A stretch of DNA of 64,000 bases from Candidatus Hydrothermales bacterium. GTDB lineage: Bacteria > Hydrothermota > Hydrothermia > Hydrothermales > JAJRUZ01. Every line of letters starts with the position of its first letter. Position 1 is the first letter of the stretch. Location of the stretch: assembly GCA_039630575.1 (NCBI GenBank), contig JBCNUW010000004.1, forward strand, positions 36,146 through 100,145, given 5' to 3'. A program made the translations under genes and the position numbers. The notes under the pieces were generated by a model. That model saw nothing but the letters and a program-made list of their open reading frames with translations, did no database searches and was not told the DNA's origin. Positions 39,651 through 49,374 of the stretch are shown here, in pieces.

Positions 39651-39854
39651 TTAATTCCCTCCTTGGTATTTAATTTTTCCACAAAGATTTCCACAAATTT
39701 TTTTATAAAAATTTGTCTCTATATGAGAAAAATACTTAAATTTGTGAAAAAATTTCCACAGGCAGTTAAAATAATACTTTTCAAAATTTTCCTCTAAATC
39801 AAGTTTGTTTGAAATTTTTGAAATTAATTCTTCTATCTTTTTGTTTTGTTCCAT
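39651..39854 (-). CDS. small ORF upstream of dnaA with DciA/DUF721-like N-terminus
   Basis: IEELISKISNKLDLEENFEKYYFNCLW pattern; TTGACA-N18-TATTAA just upstream; stop is 1 nt before the dnaA ATG. Confidence 0.4.
   Translation of the reverse strand: MEQNKKIEELISKISNKLDLEENFEKYYFNCLWKFFHKFKYFSHIETNFYKKICGNLCGKIKYQGGN
39675..39760. other. second DnaA-box cluster (upstream of dnaA)
   Basis: TTTTCCACA (39675), ATTTCCACA (39687, 39752), TGTGAAAAA (39743). Confidence 0.75.
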
Positions 39855-39924
39855 AGTAGTTAATTAATAAAGTCTAAGTACATTCTTTGTCAAATAAAAT
39901 TACCGGTTTCTTATAATTTTAAAA

Positions 39925-41079
39925 ATGAAAGAAAAAAACTTTCTATATGGTAAAGATGATGAACTTTTGTTCCTTTTTAATAAGGTTACTGAGATTGAGG
40001 ATCAAAGAATAAAGGAGTTTGAGAGATTTGTTAAAAGTTTGCCGTTATATTCACCTGAAGAACTATTTAAGCTTCTGGAAAAAGAGGGTTATAGAGGGCA
40101 AATAGAAGCAAGAAAAATGGTCTGTGTAGCAATTTATAGGCATCTTAAGAGAATAAAGATGATTTACGAAAATAGAATTACCCCAGAGCTCCTGCCAGAG
40201 AAAGTAAATTATATATTTATAGGTCCTACAGGTTCTGGTAAAACCTATATAGTAGAGCTCCTTTTCGGTAAAATCTTGAGAATTCCTTATGTGATAATTG
40301 ATATAACAAAATACAGTGAAACAGGATATGTAGGCGAGAATGTGATAAATATTCCTTACAAATTGATTGAGGCAGCAAGAGGTAATAAATATTTAGCTCA
40401 AATTGGTGCGGTAATAATTGATGAGTTCGATAAAATTGCAGGATCTCCTAGTAATTTAAGATTTGCTGGAGCAGGGACACAAAAGGATGTCTCTGGTTAT
40501 GGAGTCCAAAGGGAGCTTCTAAAACTTCTTGAGCATAAAATATTTGAATATGGTGAGGATCATAATGTAGAAGGAAGGATAAATACAAGAGAAATACTTT
40601 TTATTGCCCTTGGATCCTTTACTGGCTTTATAAGAGAAATAGAAAGAGATAATATAGGATTTTTAAAGGAAATTGACGAAAATGAAAACATAATAGCATA
40701 CAAATTAAAGGGACAAGAGGAGGATCTTAACAATTTTTTAAAATACGGTTTTTTGCCAGAACTTATTGCAAGATTCCAGAGAATAATACCTTTTGAAGCC
40801 CTTGATAAGAATACTCTTAAAGATATACTTGATCTTAAATTAGAAAAATTAATAAATGAATTCAAATTAGAAGGATTTGATCTTGTTCTTACTGAAAAGG
40901 TAAAAGATCTAATGGTTCAAAAAGCCCTTAAAAAGGGAACAGGAGCAAGAGGAATAGAAAGTGAGCTTTTAAAAGAGCTTGAAAAAGTTGCCTTTAAGAT
41001 ATTCGGTAAAAATAAAAAGGGTAAAGTTATAATTAATAGTAATAAAGATAAGATAGAGTCTAAAATAATTTTTAAATAG
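39925..41079 (+). CDS. ClpX-like AAA+ ATPase without N-terminal zinc-binding domain
   Basis: GPTGSGKT, SETGYVG pore loop, IDEFDK, KDVSGYGVQRELLK, IGF loop, GTGARG. Confidence 0.8.
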   Translation: MKEKNFLYGKDDELLFLFNKVTEIEDQRIKEFERFVKSLPLYSPEELFKLLEKEGYRGQIEARKMVCVAIYRHLKRIKMIYENRITPELLPEKVNYIFIGPTGSGKTYIVELLFGKILRIPYVIIDITKYSETGYVGENVINIPYKLIEAARGNKYLAQIGAVIIDEFDKIAGSPSNLRFAGAGTQKDVSGYGVQRELLKLLEHKIFEYGEDHNVEGRINTREILFIALGSFTGFIREIERDNIGFLKEIDENENIIAYKLKGQEEDLNNFLKYGFLPELIARFQRIIPFEALDKNTLKDILDLKLEKLINEFKLEGFDLVLTEKVKDLMVQKALKKGTGARGIESELLKELEKVAFKIFGKNKKGKVIINSNKDKIESKIIFK

Positions 41080-42004
41080 GACTTTTATACAGAAAAGAAA
41101 ACTTTTTTTGGGAAATCTTTGCCTCTATGTCTCCCCTTTTTAATCTTGAGACTTCACCATCAAGTTGTATTAAGGAGTCTTCCTTTAATGATAGTTTTAG
41201 ATCTTTTGTTTTAAAGTACAAACATTCTGGTAGAGAAAGGTGTGTTCCTTTGATTACATGATGTAGTTTTTTTAAAACTTCAGTCTTTTTCATATTTTTG
41301 ATTATGCAAACAGAAATCTCTTCTTTAAAAGGAGATGCATCAGGAAATAGGTGAAAGCCTCCACCAAGATATTTACCTAATCCAAGTCCTAAAAGAATGT
41401 ACTTTCCCATCAGATAATTATTATCGTCTTTTATTTCCATTTCATATGATATGTTACCTTTCAGTTCGATTAAAAGGGAAAGTAGGTATCTTAGTAAACC
41501 TCTTAAGTTTTTAATTCTAAGTGCTCTCTCTGCGATTTTGGCATCAAATCCAATACCAGCTGCATTGGTAAAAAGTAGTTTTCCCTCTTTTGTTATTATT
41601 TCTCCAGTAAAGCTCTCCATAACGATCCCTTCTTTAAAAACTTCGTAAAAGAAATTTAGATCTTTCTTTTTTCCAAAAATAGTCTTAAGAAAATCGTTAC
41701 CAGACCCAGAAGGAAAAAGACAGAAGGGTATTTTGAAATCAAAAGGTAAGTTATTAACAATGTGAAAAAGAGTTCCGTCACCTCCCAGAACAATAATTTT
41801 ATGAACCCCTTTTTCCTTTAATCTTAAAAGATTTTCTTTTATATTAATCTTTTTTTCCAGTTTCTCAACATAATATTTTAATTTATCTATCCTAAGTCTT
41901 TCTTTTAGCCACTTTAATACCTCAAAAGATCTTCCAGAACCTGAATAGGGATTGAAAATTACACCTACTTTAATCCCTTTTCTCTTCTTTTTGTGATTTT
42001 TCAA
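41072..42004 (-). CDS. diacylglycerol kinase family lipid kinase (YegS/DagK-like)
   Basis: [30 protein letters not shown]; start uncertain. Confidence 0.88.
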   Translation of the reverse strand: MKNHKKKRKGIKVGVIFNPYSGSGRSFEVLKWLKERLRIDKLKYYVEKLEKKINIKENLLRLKEKGVHKIIVLGGDGTLFHIVNNLPFDFKIPFCLFPSGSGNDFLKTIFGKKKDLNFFYEVFKEGIVMESFTGEIITKEGKLLFTNAAGIGFDAKIAERALRIKNLRGLLRYLLSLLIELKGNISYEMEIKDDNNYLMGKYILLGLGLGKYLGGGFHLFPDASPFKEEISVCIIKNMKKTEVLKKLHHVIKGTHLSLPECLYFKTKDLKLSLKEDSLIQLDGEVSRLKRGDIEAKISQKKFSFLYKSPI

Positions 42005-42983
42005 AAATTTCTTTCTTTAGCTCTTTTTCTATTTCACTAAAGAGAGTTTGATTTTCTTCAAATAATTTTCTCACGTTATCTTTTCCTTGTCCCAACTGTT
42101 TTCCTTTGTAGGCATACCATGCTCCTGATCTTTGAATTATACCTTTTTCAACTGCAAGATCAATTAGTTCACTCTCCTTTGAAATTCCTTTACCGTAAAG
42201 TATATCAAAAGTTGCCTCTTTAAAAGGTGGAGCAAGTTTATTTTTTACTACTTTCACTTTAACTCTGTTTCCTATTACTTCATCATCTACCTTTATTGTT
42301 TCAACTTTTTTTATTTCAAGTCTTAAAGAAGCATGAAACTTTAAAGCCAACCCTCCTGGTGTAGTTTCTGGATTACCATACAACACTCCGATTCTGTGTC
42401 TTATCTGATTTATAAAAATTGCGCAAGTTTTTGATTTATTTAATACACCCGCCAGTTTTCTCATAGCTTGGGACATGAGTCTTGCCTGTAAACCCACATG
42501 GGATTCTCCCATTTCTCCCATTATTTCAGCTTTAGGTACAAGGGCTGCCACTGAATCAACGACTATTAAGTCAACTGCTCCTGATCGTACCAAAGTTTCA
42601 GCTATCTCCAAAGCCTGCTCACCTGTATCTGGTTGAGAAATCCACAGTTCCGATAGATTCACTCCAAGTTTTTCAGCGTATACTGGATCAAGTGCATGTT
42701 CTGCATCTATAAAAGCTGCAATTCCGTCTTCTTTTTGAACTTCTGCTATCGCATGAAGTGCAAGGGTAGTTTTTCCTGATGCTTCAGGACCATATATTTC
42801 TACTATTCTTCCTCTAGGATATCCACCTATTCCTATAGCAAGATCAAGAGAAATTGAACCTGTAGGTATTACAGGGACTTTTATAAGTTCCCTTTCACCA
42901 AGTCTCATTATAGCACCTTTACCGTGAATTTTCTCTATCTGTTTTATTGCTAAATCCATTGCTTTTTTCCTTTCATCTTTCAT
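41970..42983 (-). CDS. recA: recombinase RecA
   Basis: [37 protein letters not shown]; ATG at 42983. Confidence 0.98.
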   Translation of the reverse strand: MKDERKKAMDLAIKQIEKIHGKGAIMRLGERELIKVPVIPTGSISLDLAIGIGGYPRGRIVEIYGPEASGKTTLALHAIAEVQKEDGIAAFIDAEHALDPVYAEKLGVNLSELWISQPDTGEQALEIAETLVRSGAVDLIVVDSVAALVPKAEIMGEMGESHVGLQARLMSQAMRKLAGVLNKSKTCAIFINQIRHRIGVLYGNPETTPGGLALKFHASLRLEIKKVETIKVDDEVIGNRVKVKVVKNKLAPPFKEATFDILYGKGISKESELIDLAVEKGIIQRSGAWYAYKGKQLGQGKDNVRKLFEENQTLFSEIEKELKKEIFEKSQKEEKRD

Positions 42984-42985
42984 TT

Positions 42986-44227
42986 TTAACCCTCGAACTT
43001 TTTGAATAAAAGAGAGCAATTATGTCCTCCAAAACCAAAAGAATTTGAAAGTGCGTATCTTATCTTTACTTCTCTTGCTCCATCTTTTACATAGTCAAGG
43101 TCACACTCAGGATCAGGATATTCAAGGTTTATTGTAGGGTGAACTTTTTGATGATATATAGCAAGAACGGTAACTCCAGCTTCTAAGGCTCCTGCTCCTC
43201 CAAGTAAGTGTCCCACCATACTTTTTGTTGAATTTACAGGTATCTTATAGGCTCTCTCCCCCAGAAGTCTCTTTATTGCTAAAGTTTCAGCTACATCCCC
43301 TCTGGGTGTTGCTGTTCCATGGGAATTTATATAGTCTATTTCTTTCGGATCCAAAGAAGCACTATCACAGGCCATTTTCATTGACCTGTAAGCTCCATCT
43401 CCATCAACACAAGGAGCAGTTATGTGGTATGCATCAGCAGTTGCTCCATATCCGACGAGTTCAGCATAAATCCTTGCTCCTCTTTTCATAGCACTTTCTT
43501 TTTCTTCGAGTATAAGTACAGCACATCCTTCACCCATAACAAATCCGTCTCTTAACTTATCAAAAGGTCTTGAAGCCTTTTCCGGCTCATCGTTTCTTGT
43601 TGATAATGCTTTCATGTTACCAAAACCCGCAAGTGCAATCGGAGTTAAAGGTGCTTCTGAACCTCCAACTACTATAGCCTTAGCATGTCCGTTTTTAATA
43701 AGTAGCATAGCTTCACCAATAGCATGGGCACTAGAAGCACAGGCAGAAACAACTGAAAAATTAGGACCTTTAAATCCATATTTAATCGAAATAACACCAG
43801 ATGCTATATCTGGTATCATCATAGGTACAAGAAAGGGAGACACCCATTTAACACCCTTCTCATACATTTTTCTAATCTCTTCCTCTAATGTAATTATTCC
43901 ACCTATTCCAGATGAGATTATGACTCCCACATCTTCCCCTTTGTAAGGAATACCGTTAGCCCATCCTGCATCCTGTAAGGCTTCCTCAGTCACATAAAGA
44001 GAGTATACCGTAAAAAGATCCTGTTTTTTTATCTCCTTACTAGATAATCTTTCTTCTGGATTAAAATTTTTTATTTCAGCTGCAATTTTTGATGGTAAAT
44101 TTGAAGTATCAAATCTTTCTATCCTCGAGACCCCACTTTTACCCTTCAATAAATTCTCAAAATTTTCATCTTTATTTTTACCCAGTGATGTAAGTATTCC
44201 AATTCCAGTTACAACTACTTCCTTCAT
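42986..44227 (-). CDS. fabF: 3-oxoacyl-ACP synthase II
   Basis: [36 protein letters not shown]. Confidence 0.96.
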   Translation of the reverse strand: MKEVVVTGIGILTSLGKNKDENFENLLKGKSGVSRIERFDTSNLPSKIAAEIKNFNPEERLSSKEIKKQDLFTVYSLYVTEEALQDAGWANGIPYKGEDVGVIISSGIGGIITLEEEIRKMYEKGVKWVSPFLVPMMIPDIASGVISIKYGFKGPNFSVVSACASSAHAIGEAMLLIKNGHAKAIVVGGSEAPLTPIALAGFGNMKALSTRNDEPEKASRPFDKLRDGFVMGEGCAVLILEEKESAMKRGARIYAELVGYGATADAYHITAPCVDGDGAYRSMKMACDSASLDPKEIDYINSHGTATPRGDVAETLAIKRLLGERAYKIPVNSTKSMVGHLLGGAGALEAGVTVLAIYHQKVHPTINLEYPDPECDLDYVKDGAREVKIRYALSNSFGFGGHNCSLLFKKFEG

Positions 44228-44460
44228 GTTTTTAGTTTATTTTGAATATACTCAACTGCATCTTTTACTGTTCTGATTTTTTCAGCATCTTCATCAGGAA
44301 CTTCAATTCCAAATTTTTCCTCTATCTTCATAACAAGCTCAACTACATCTAAAGAGTCAGCACCTAAATCCTCTTGAAATCTAGCTTCCATTGTAACTTG
44401 TTCTGGAGTTACATTCAATTCTTCTACAATTATGTCTCTCAGAGTTGCAAAAACATCCAT
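44224..44460 (-). CDS. acpP: acyl carrier protein
   Basis: [12 protein letters not shown]. Confidence 0.97.
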   Translation of the reverse strand: MDVFATLRDIIVEELNVTPEQVTMEARFQEDLGADSLDVVELVMKIEEKFGIEVPDEDAEKIRTVKDAVEYIQNKLKT

Positions 44461-44482
44461 TAAAATTCCTCCTTTTTATTAC

Positions 44483-44495
44483 TGGAATTGAACCA
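44483..44495 (-). promoter_or_regulatory. tRNA T-arm-like leader hairpin #7 (acpP-fabF-recA operon)
   Basis: Minus strand TGG-TTCAATT-CCA after TTGCTT-N18-TAAAAT; AGGAGG and ATG 44460 follow. Confidence 0.7.
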
Positions 44496-44553
44496 TTTGA
44501 AAATAAATTTTAATTTTATTAAAATATAAAAAGCAAGTTAAAGAAAAAATCAA

Positions 44554-44637
44554 GCCGGGGTGACGGAACCGGTAGACGTAGGGGACTTAAAATCCCCTGG
44601 GGGAGACCCCGTGCGGGTTCGAGTCCCGCCCCCGGCA
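44554..44637 (+). tRNA. tRNA-Leu(TAA), CCA not encoded
   Basis: GCCGGGG acceptor, GGGGA-CTTAAAA-TCCCC anticodon arm, long variable arm, GGTTCGAGTCC. Confidence 0.95.
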
Positions 44638-44647
44638 GGCTATACAG

Positions 44648-44914
44648 ATGGCTTCTCGTAAAATTTTCACAATAAGAAATGTCATTGCCGTTATCCTTGC
44701 AGGAGCTCTAGGTGATATTTTAGGTGTTATTCTCAAAAACTTTATACCAAAATCTCCTGCAAGGGATGTAATACTTTACAGTTCAAAGGTTGGTTTAGAA
44801 GAACTAAAAATTAATCTCATTATAATAGATTTTAAATTTGGATTTATTCTCTCAATTAACATATTATCTTTTGTTCTTATTTTTCTTATGATATATCTTT
44901 TACAAAAAATTTGA
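44648..44914 (+). CDS. small membrane protein (DUF4321-like)
   Basis: Two hydrophobic segments, GALGDILG, INLIIIDFKFG. Confidence 0.6.
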   Translation: MASRKIFTIRNVIAVILAGALGDILGVILKNFIPKSPARDVILYSSKVGLEELKINLIIIDFKFGFILSINILSFVLIFLMIYLLQKI

Positions 44915-46044
44915 GAGATACATCCTTTATATTACTTGGAGCAGGAAAGGGAGAAAGGATCGGAAAACCAAAAATTTTCCTAAGAATTGAAGGAAAACCG
45001 CTTTATCTATATTTAATAGAAAAGCTTGAAAATATTAAGTTTATTGGAGAGACAATTTTGGCTTGTCCACCAAAATTTAAGTCAGAAATTAAAAATGAAA
45101 TTAAAAACAGAAAATTTAAGTTTAATGTAAAAATAATTGAGGGTGGAAAGACAAGATGTGAAAGTATGGAAAAAGCAGTTAAAAAGGCTAAGTTCGAATA
45201 CGTTTTTATTCATGATCTTGCAAGACCATTTTTCTCTACCTCTTTAATATTAAATATGAAAAAAAAACTTAAAAAAGCTGAAATTGTTGTTCCATATTTT
45301 TCACCATATGATACTTGTGTTTATGAGGGTGAAAAAATACAAAGAGAGAAAGTAAAGTTAATTCACACACCACAGGCAACAAAAAAGAGTTTAATATTAA
45401 AAGCTCTTAAAAAAACCAAAAGAAGGAATTATTCTGATGAAAGTACTTTACTTAAAGATGTTTTAAATATTAATCCCCTTTATATAGAAGACTCTTTTTT
45501 AAATTTTAAGATCACATATAACAAGGATCTTTTTGATATAAATTATTTTTTAAATCACTTTTCTTTTAGGATAGGTTTTGGTTTTGATATTCACAGAATT
45601 GTAAAAGGTAAAAAGAGCCTCTTTGTAGGTGGAATAGCTATAAAAAGGGGTATTTACGCGGTTGGGCATTCAGATGGTGACGCCGTTATACACTCTCTAT
45701 GCGACGCCTTACTGGGAATTACTGGAAGGGGAGATATAGGTGATTTTTTTCCAGATACTGAAAATAGATGGAAAGGCAAAAGATCTGTTATTTTTTTAAA
45801 AAAAATTTTTAAAATTTTTAAAGGTGATGGTTTTGAAATTTCAAATATCGATATAACTATCTTACTTGATACACCCAAACTTGGTGAGAAGAAGAGAAAA
45901 ATAAAGGAAAAAATAGCTAAAGTTTTGAGAATTAAACCAGAGGTTATAAGTATAAAAGCGAAAACAACTGAGGGATTATTTAAAGATTTTATCTTTGCTT
46001 ATACTATTTTAACAGCAAAATCCTCATGCAAAATCCAAACTTAA
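44911..46044 (+). CDS. ispDF: bifunctional IspD/IspF (MEP pathway)
   Basis: GAGKGER..K, GGKTR, HDLARP, HTPQ; GFDIH, HSDGDAVIHSLCDA, KAKTTE. Confidence 0.88.
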   Translation: MRDTSFILLGAGKGERIGKPKIFLRIEGKPLYLYLIEKLENIKFIGETILACPPKFKSEIKNEIKNRKFKFNVKIIEGGKTRCESMEKAVKKAKFEYVFIHDLARPFFSTSLILNMKKKLKKAEIVVPYFSPYDTCVYEGEKIQREKVKLIHTPQATKKSLILKALKKTKRRNYSDESTLLKDVLNINPLYIEDSFLNFKITYNKDLFDINYFLNHFSFRIGFGFDIHRIVKGKKSLFVGGIAIKRGIYAVGHSDGDAVIHSLCDALLGITGRGDIGDFFPDTENRWKGKRSVIFLKKIFKIFKGDGFEISNIDITILLDTPKLGEKKRKIKEKIAKVLRIKPEVISIKAKTTEGLFKDFIFAYTILTAKSSCKIQT

Positions 46045-47370
46045 AATACCTTGTGATGAAGTATAATACATTTTTTCTTCTACTTTAAAGTAAACTGTTA
46101 TACCTAAAAGACCAATTTTCTCTAAAATACTTTTAAATTCTCCAAATTCATCTTCCTTTAAAAAAATATCTGGTTCAGGTATAAAGTTTATAATATTCTT
46201 TGATAGAGTCTTTAAGTTTTTTAAAAGGGGTTCTATATTTTGTTCTTTTATGCTAAATCCGCAAGCAAAAGGATGCCCTCCAAATTCCTCAAACAGATAT
46301 GATGTTTCCCTCAATAATTTAAGAACTGAAAGTGGTGGTTTAGATCTTGCTTCTCCCACCCACATATTCCCTTTTTTTGTAATACATATTGAGGGGAAAC
46401 CACTTTCTTTTAAAAATCTTGAAGCTATCCAACCTGCGTATCTTGGATTTATATTCTTTGATTTTATAAGGGTTATGTTCGTTTCACTCTGCCAAAAGTT
46501 TTTTGAATTAAATAGGGACTCTTCAAAATTTTTTTGCTCTTCAATGTATTTAGATATTATTTCCTTCATTATTTCCCTTTTTATTCTCTCGTCTTCTTCT
46601 CTTAAAAGTTCTGTAATAAGATGTGTTCCATCTTTTGCAGAAACAAAAGGAATTATTTTTGAAATTCCTCTAAATTCCAGAGGTTTTGTGTTGACTTCAC
46701 TGAAAATTTTATAAATTTCAGTTTCCGGAAAAACTATTTGAGATTTTTTTAAAACAAAACCATTTACTGAATAAGGTGGTACTTTATCTGAAAGAACTGA
46801 TAGACCTGAGAGATAGGTAAAATCAAAGAACTTTTTTTCTTTCCAGAGTTTTTCACCAAATTTTAAGAAAAGTATTACAAATACAAGCACAGCGTTGGAC
46901 AAAAATGGAAATCCATTTCCTAAAAAGGGATGTATCAAATTTTCTTCCTCAAAATTCCCTTCAGAGTGATGATCTATTATAAAACTGTCGTATCCTAGTT
47001 CCCTTAAAAGCTTTATTTCATTTCTGTTTGAAAGACCACAGTCCACTGTTATTAAGAAATCAAAATTTTCATTTATAAATCTCTCAATCACACTGTTAGA
47101 AACACCGTAAGACTCATTCTCTCTTGATGGAAGGTAAGTTTTAAACTCTATTCCAAGCTCTCTTAGAAGAACCTCAATACCATATAAGGAAGCTATTCCA
47201 TCTAGGTCTTCATGACCTATCACATATATCTTTTCTCCAAACTCTTTTTTTTCTTCTAAAATTTCATAAAATTTAGTTATATTCTCATAATGTAAAGGAT
47301 TAGGTTCAGTTTCAGGGAGTAAAAGTTCTGGCTTTTCTATTAATCTTTTTATTATATCTTTTCCTTCCAT
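46024..47370 (-). CDS. RecJ-like DHH/DHHA1 exonuclease
   Basis: DLDG, YG, ITVDCG, IIDHH, GEARS, FGGHPFACG; ATG 47370 preferred. Confidence 0.8.
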   Translation of the reverse strand: MEGKDIIKRLIEKPELLLPETEPNPLHYENITKFYEILEEKKEFGEKIYVIGHEDLDGIASLYGIEVLLRELGIEFKTYLPSRENESYGVSNSVIERFINENFDFLITVDCGLSNRNEIKLLRELGYDSFIIDHHSEGNFEEENLIHPFLGNGFPFLSNAVLVFVILFLKFGEKLWKEKKFFDFTYLSGLSVLSDKVPPYSVNGFVLKKSQIVFPETEIYKIFSEVNTKPLEFRGISKIIPFVSAKDGTHLITELLREEDERIKREIMKEIISKYIEEQKNFEESLFNSKNFWQSETNITLIKSKNINPRYAGWIASRFLKESGFPSICITKKGNMWVGEARSKPPLSVLKLLRETSYLFEEFGGHPFACGFSIKEQNIEPLLKNLKTLSKNIINFIPEPDIFLKEDEFGEFKSILEKIGLLGITVYFKVEEKMYYTSSQGILSLDFA

Positions 47371-48317
47371 TTTTTTAGCATATTTAAAACTGTGTTTTCC
47401 CAAGTAAAATTCTTAACTCTCTCATAAGCCTTATTTACTTTTATTTCGATATTCTCCTTTTTTTCTTCCAAAAATTTTATTATACCCTCTTTTATATCCT
47501 CTTTATCAAATCCTTTTAAGTAAAAAAGGTTTTCTCCAGCATATTCTTTAAAAACACTTAAAGGTGAAGCAATAACAGGTTTTTTTAAAGAGATTGCCTC
47601 AAGAATAGGTAAACCAAAACCTTCACAAAAGCTCGGAAATACCAAGGCTATACATTTTTCATATAAATAAAATATCTCGCTTTGATCAAAAATTTTTCTA
47701 AACCATAAAGTAGTTTTATTATCTATTTCTTGTTCAACCTCTTCATAACCAAACCCTTCTTTACCTGCTAATAGGAGATAATAATTTTTTAAATTCAATT
47801 CTTTGAAGGCTCTTATTAGGTTTACTAAATTTTTTCTTTTTTGAACAACTCCTACAAAGAGAAAGAAATTTTCCTTAATATTTTCAACTTTCTTCTGATT
47901 TTTCACTATTTTTACCCCTGGATAAATCACTTCTATTTTCTCCTCAAAACCGTAAAATTTTATAATATTTTCTCTTGTAAATTTAGATGGAACAAATACA
48001 ATATCTGATCTATCAAGAGCCTTTTTAACCTTTTTTCTTGAAATTTCAATTGCTTTTGGTGGAAAAAGCTCAGGATTTGTTTCAAAACATATATCGTGAA
48101 TTATCGTAGTTAAGAGTTTAAATTTTTTAAAATATGGGATCCTACCATCAGGTCCTAAGTAAATATCACCTTTTTCAAAAAGTAGCCTTAAAAAGGGTTT
48201 TTTAATTTCAATTACTTTTTCGCCTCTCTTTTTTAATTCATTAACTAAGTTTATTGTAAAGATTTGTATGCCTGAAAGTGTATATTTTAATGGTGTTGTA
48301 TCCACGAATATTTTCAT
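47352..48317 (-). CDS. glycosyltransferase family 4
   Basis: TIIHD, RKNL, FPSFCEGFGLPILEA. Confidence 0.9.
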   Translation of the reverse strand: MKIFVDTTPLKYTLSGIQIFTINLVNELKKRGEKVIEIKKPFLRLLFEKGDIYLGPDGRIPYFKKFKLLTTIIHDICFETNPELFPPKAIEISRKKVKKALDRSDIVFVPSKFTRENIIKFYGFEEKIEVIYPGVKIVKNQKKVENIKENFFLFVGVVQKRKNLVNLIRAFKELNLKNYYLLLAGKEGFGYEEVEQEIDNKTTLWFRKIFDQSEIFYLYEKCIALVFPSFCEGFGLPILEAISLKKPVIASPLSVFKEYAGENLFYLKGFDKEDIKEGIIKFLEEKKENIEIKVNKAYERVKNFTWENTVLNMLKKWKEKI

Positions 48318-48321
48318 GTGC

Positions 48322-49374
48322 TTAATATGGAAATTTATTTAATTTTTTTCTAATTCTTTCTTCCAATTCAAGTGATAAATTTTTAAATAACTTATTTAGA
48401 TTTAAAATTTTTAATAAATAATAAAATTTCCTATACTTTTTGAAATTCCTATTAAAGGTTAAATAAAAAAAGTCAAAGTAACTTTTTTTCTTTATGTCTT
48501 CTTCTTTTTTTATCTTAAAAAGAAAATTATTAACTCTTTCAAGATAGTTATGTTTATTTATGACTACATTTTTAGCTTTTTCCTTCATTTCTTCTCTTTT
48601 TTCATCTCTTTCAAGGAAATATTCAATTTTTTTATAAATTTCATCTTTATTTTTATAAATAACAACCTCATTTTCATTATATATCTCGTTTATATGCTTT
48701 ATAAAAGGAGAAAATAAAAGGGAGCCACAGGCAGGAACTTCAAAGGTTCTCATGTTAATATCTTTTCTTACAGGTAGGTTAAAGCCAATTTTCCCTTTAC
48801 TTTGAATTTTTGCCATCTCTTCAAGGTATATTTTTTCCTTGACAAGGATCTTAATTCCCTTTAAATTATTCTCCATTTCTTTAAAAAATTTTTCTCTTTC
48901 TTTGTTTAGATGCCCTATAAAAACTATGTCGTATTCTTTTATTTTAAACCACTCTTTATGAATTTCTGGGTCACAGGCAAGGGGAAGCCAATTAGGATTT
49001 ATACCATATTTTTTAAACCAAGGAATAAGTGATTTTTGGGCAACGAAGACATAATCAAATAATTTGGCAAAATTCTTATGCCACCTATAGTTTAAATGGC
49101 TATCAATAAGCCAAACTGCCTTTTTAACTTTTACATCTAAAAGATCTTCAATGAAAAAACCCTTACCAGGGTCTGTTTCTACATATAAAAAAAGATCAGG
49201 TTCAAATATTTCTTTAAAAATTTTTTTAAGATTTAATATATGTGAACTTAGAAAATAATCTGTCCCTTCATCATAAGAAACAAAAACTGTATCTGGTTCT
49301 TTTCTTTTAAGATATTTATAAAAATAAGAAACAGTTGCAAAAGGTTTATACCCGGAAAATAGAATTATCTTCAT
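48322..49374 (-). CDS. CgeB-like glycosyltransferase
   Basis: WLIDSH, LPLACDP, INMRTFEVPACG, HNYLER. Confidence 0.8.
   Translation of the reverse strand: MKIILFSGYKPFATVSYFYKYLKRKEPDTVFVSYDEGTDYFLSSHILNLKKIFKEIFEPDLFLYVETDPGKGFFIEDLLDVKVKKAVWLIDSHLNYRWHKNFAKLFDYVFVAQKSLIPWFKKYGINPNWLPLACDPEIHKEWFKIKEYDIVFIGHLNKEREKFFKEMENNLKGIKILVKEKIYLEEMAKIQSKGKIGFNLPVRKDINMRTFEVPACGSLLFSPFIKHINEIYNENEVVIYKNKDEIYKKIEYFLERDEKREEMKEKAKNVVINKHNYLERVNNFLFKIKKEEDIKKKSYFDFFYLTFNRNFKKYRKFYYLLKILNLNKLFKNLSLELEERIRKKLNKFPY

Noticed and set aside
39650-39694. Longer dnaA start at GTG 39694
   Set aside because: ATG 39649 has an AGGAGG RBS, and the extension runs through DnaA boxes.
42850-42862. AGG-TTCAATT-TCT inside recA
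   Set aside because: Encodes the conserved TGSIS peptide, closes with G-U and is far from any start codon; likely coincidental.
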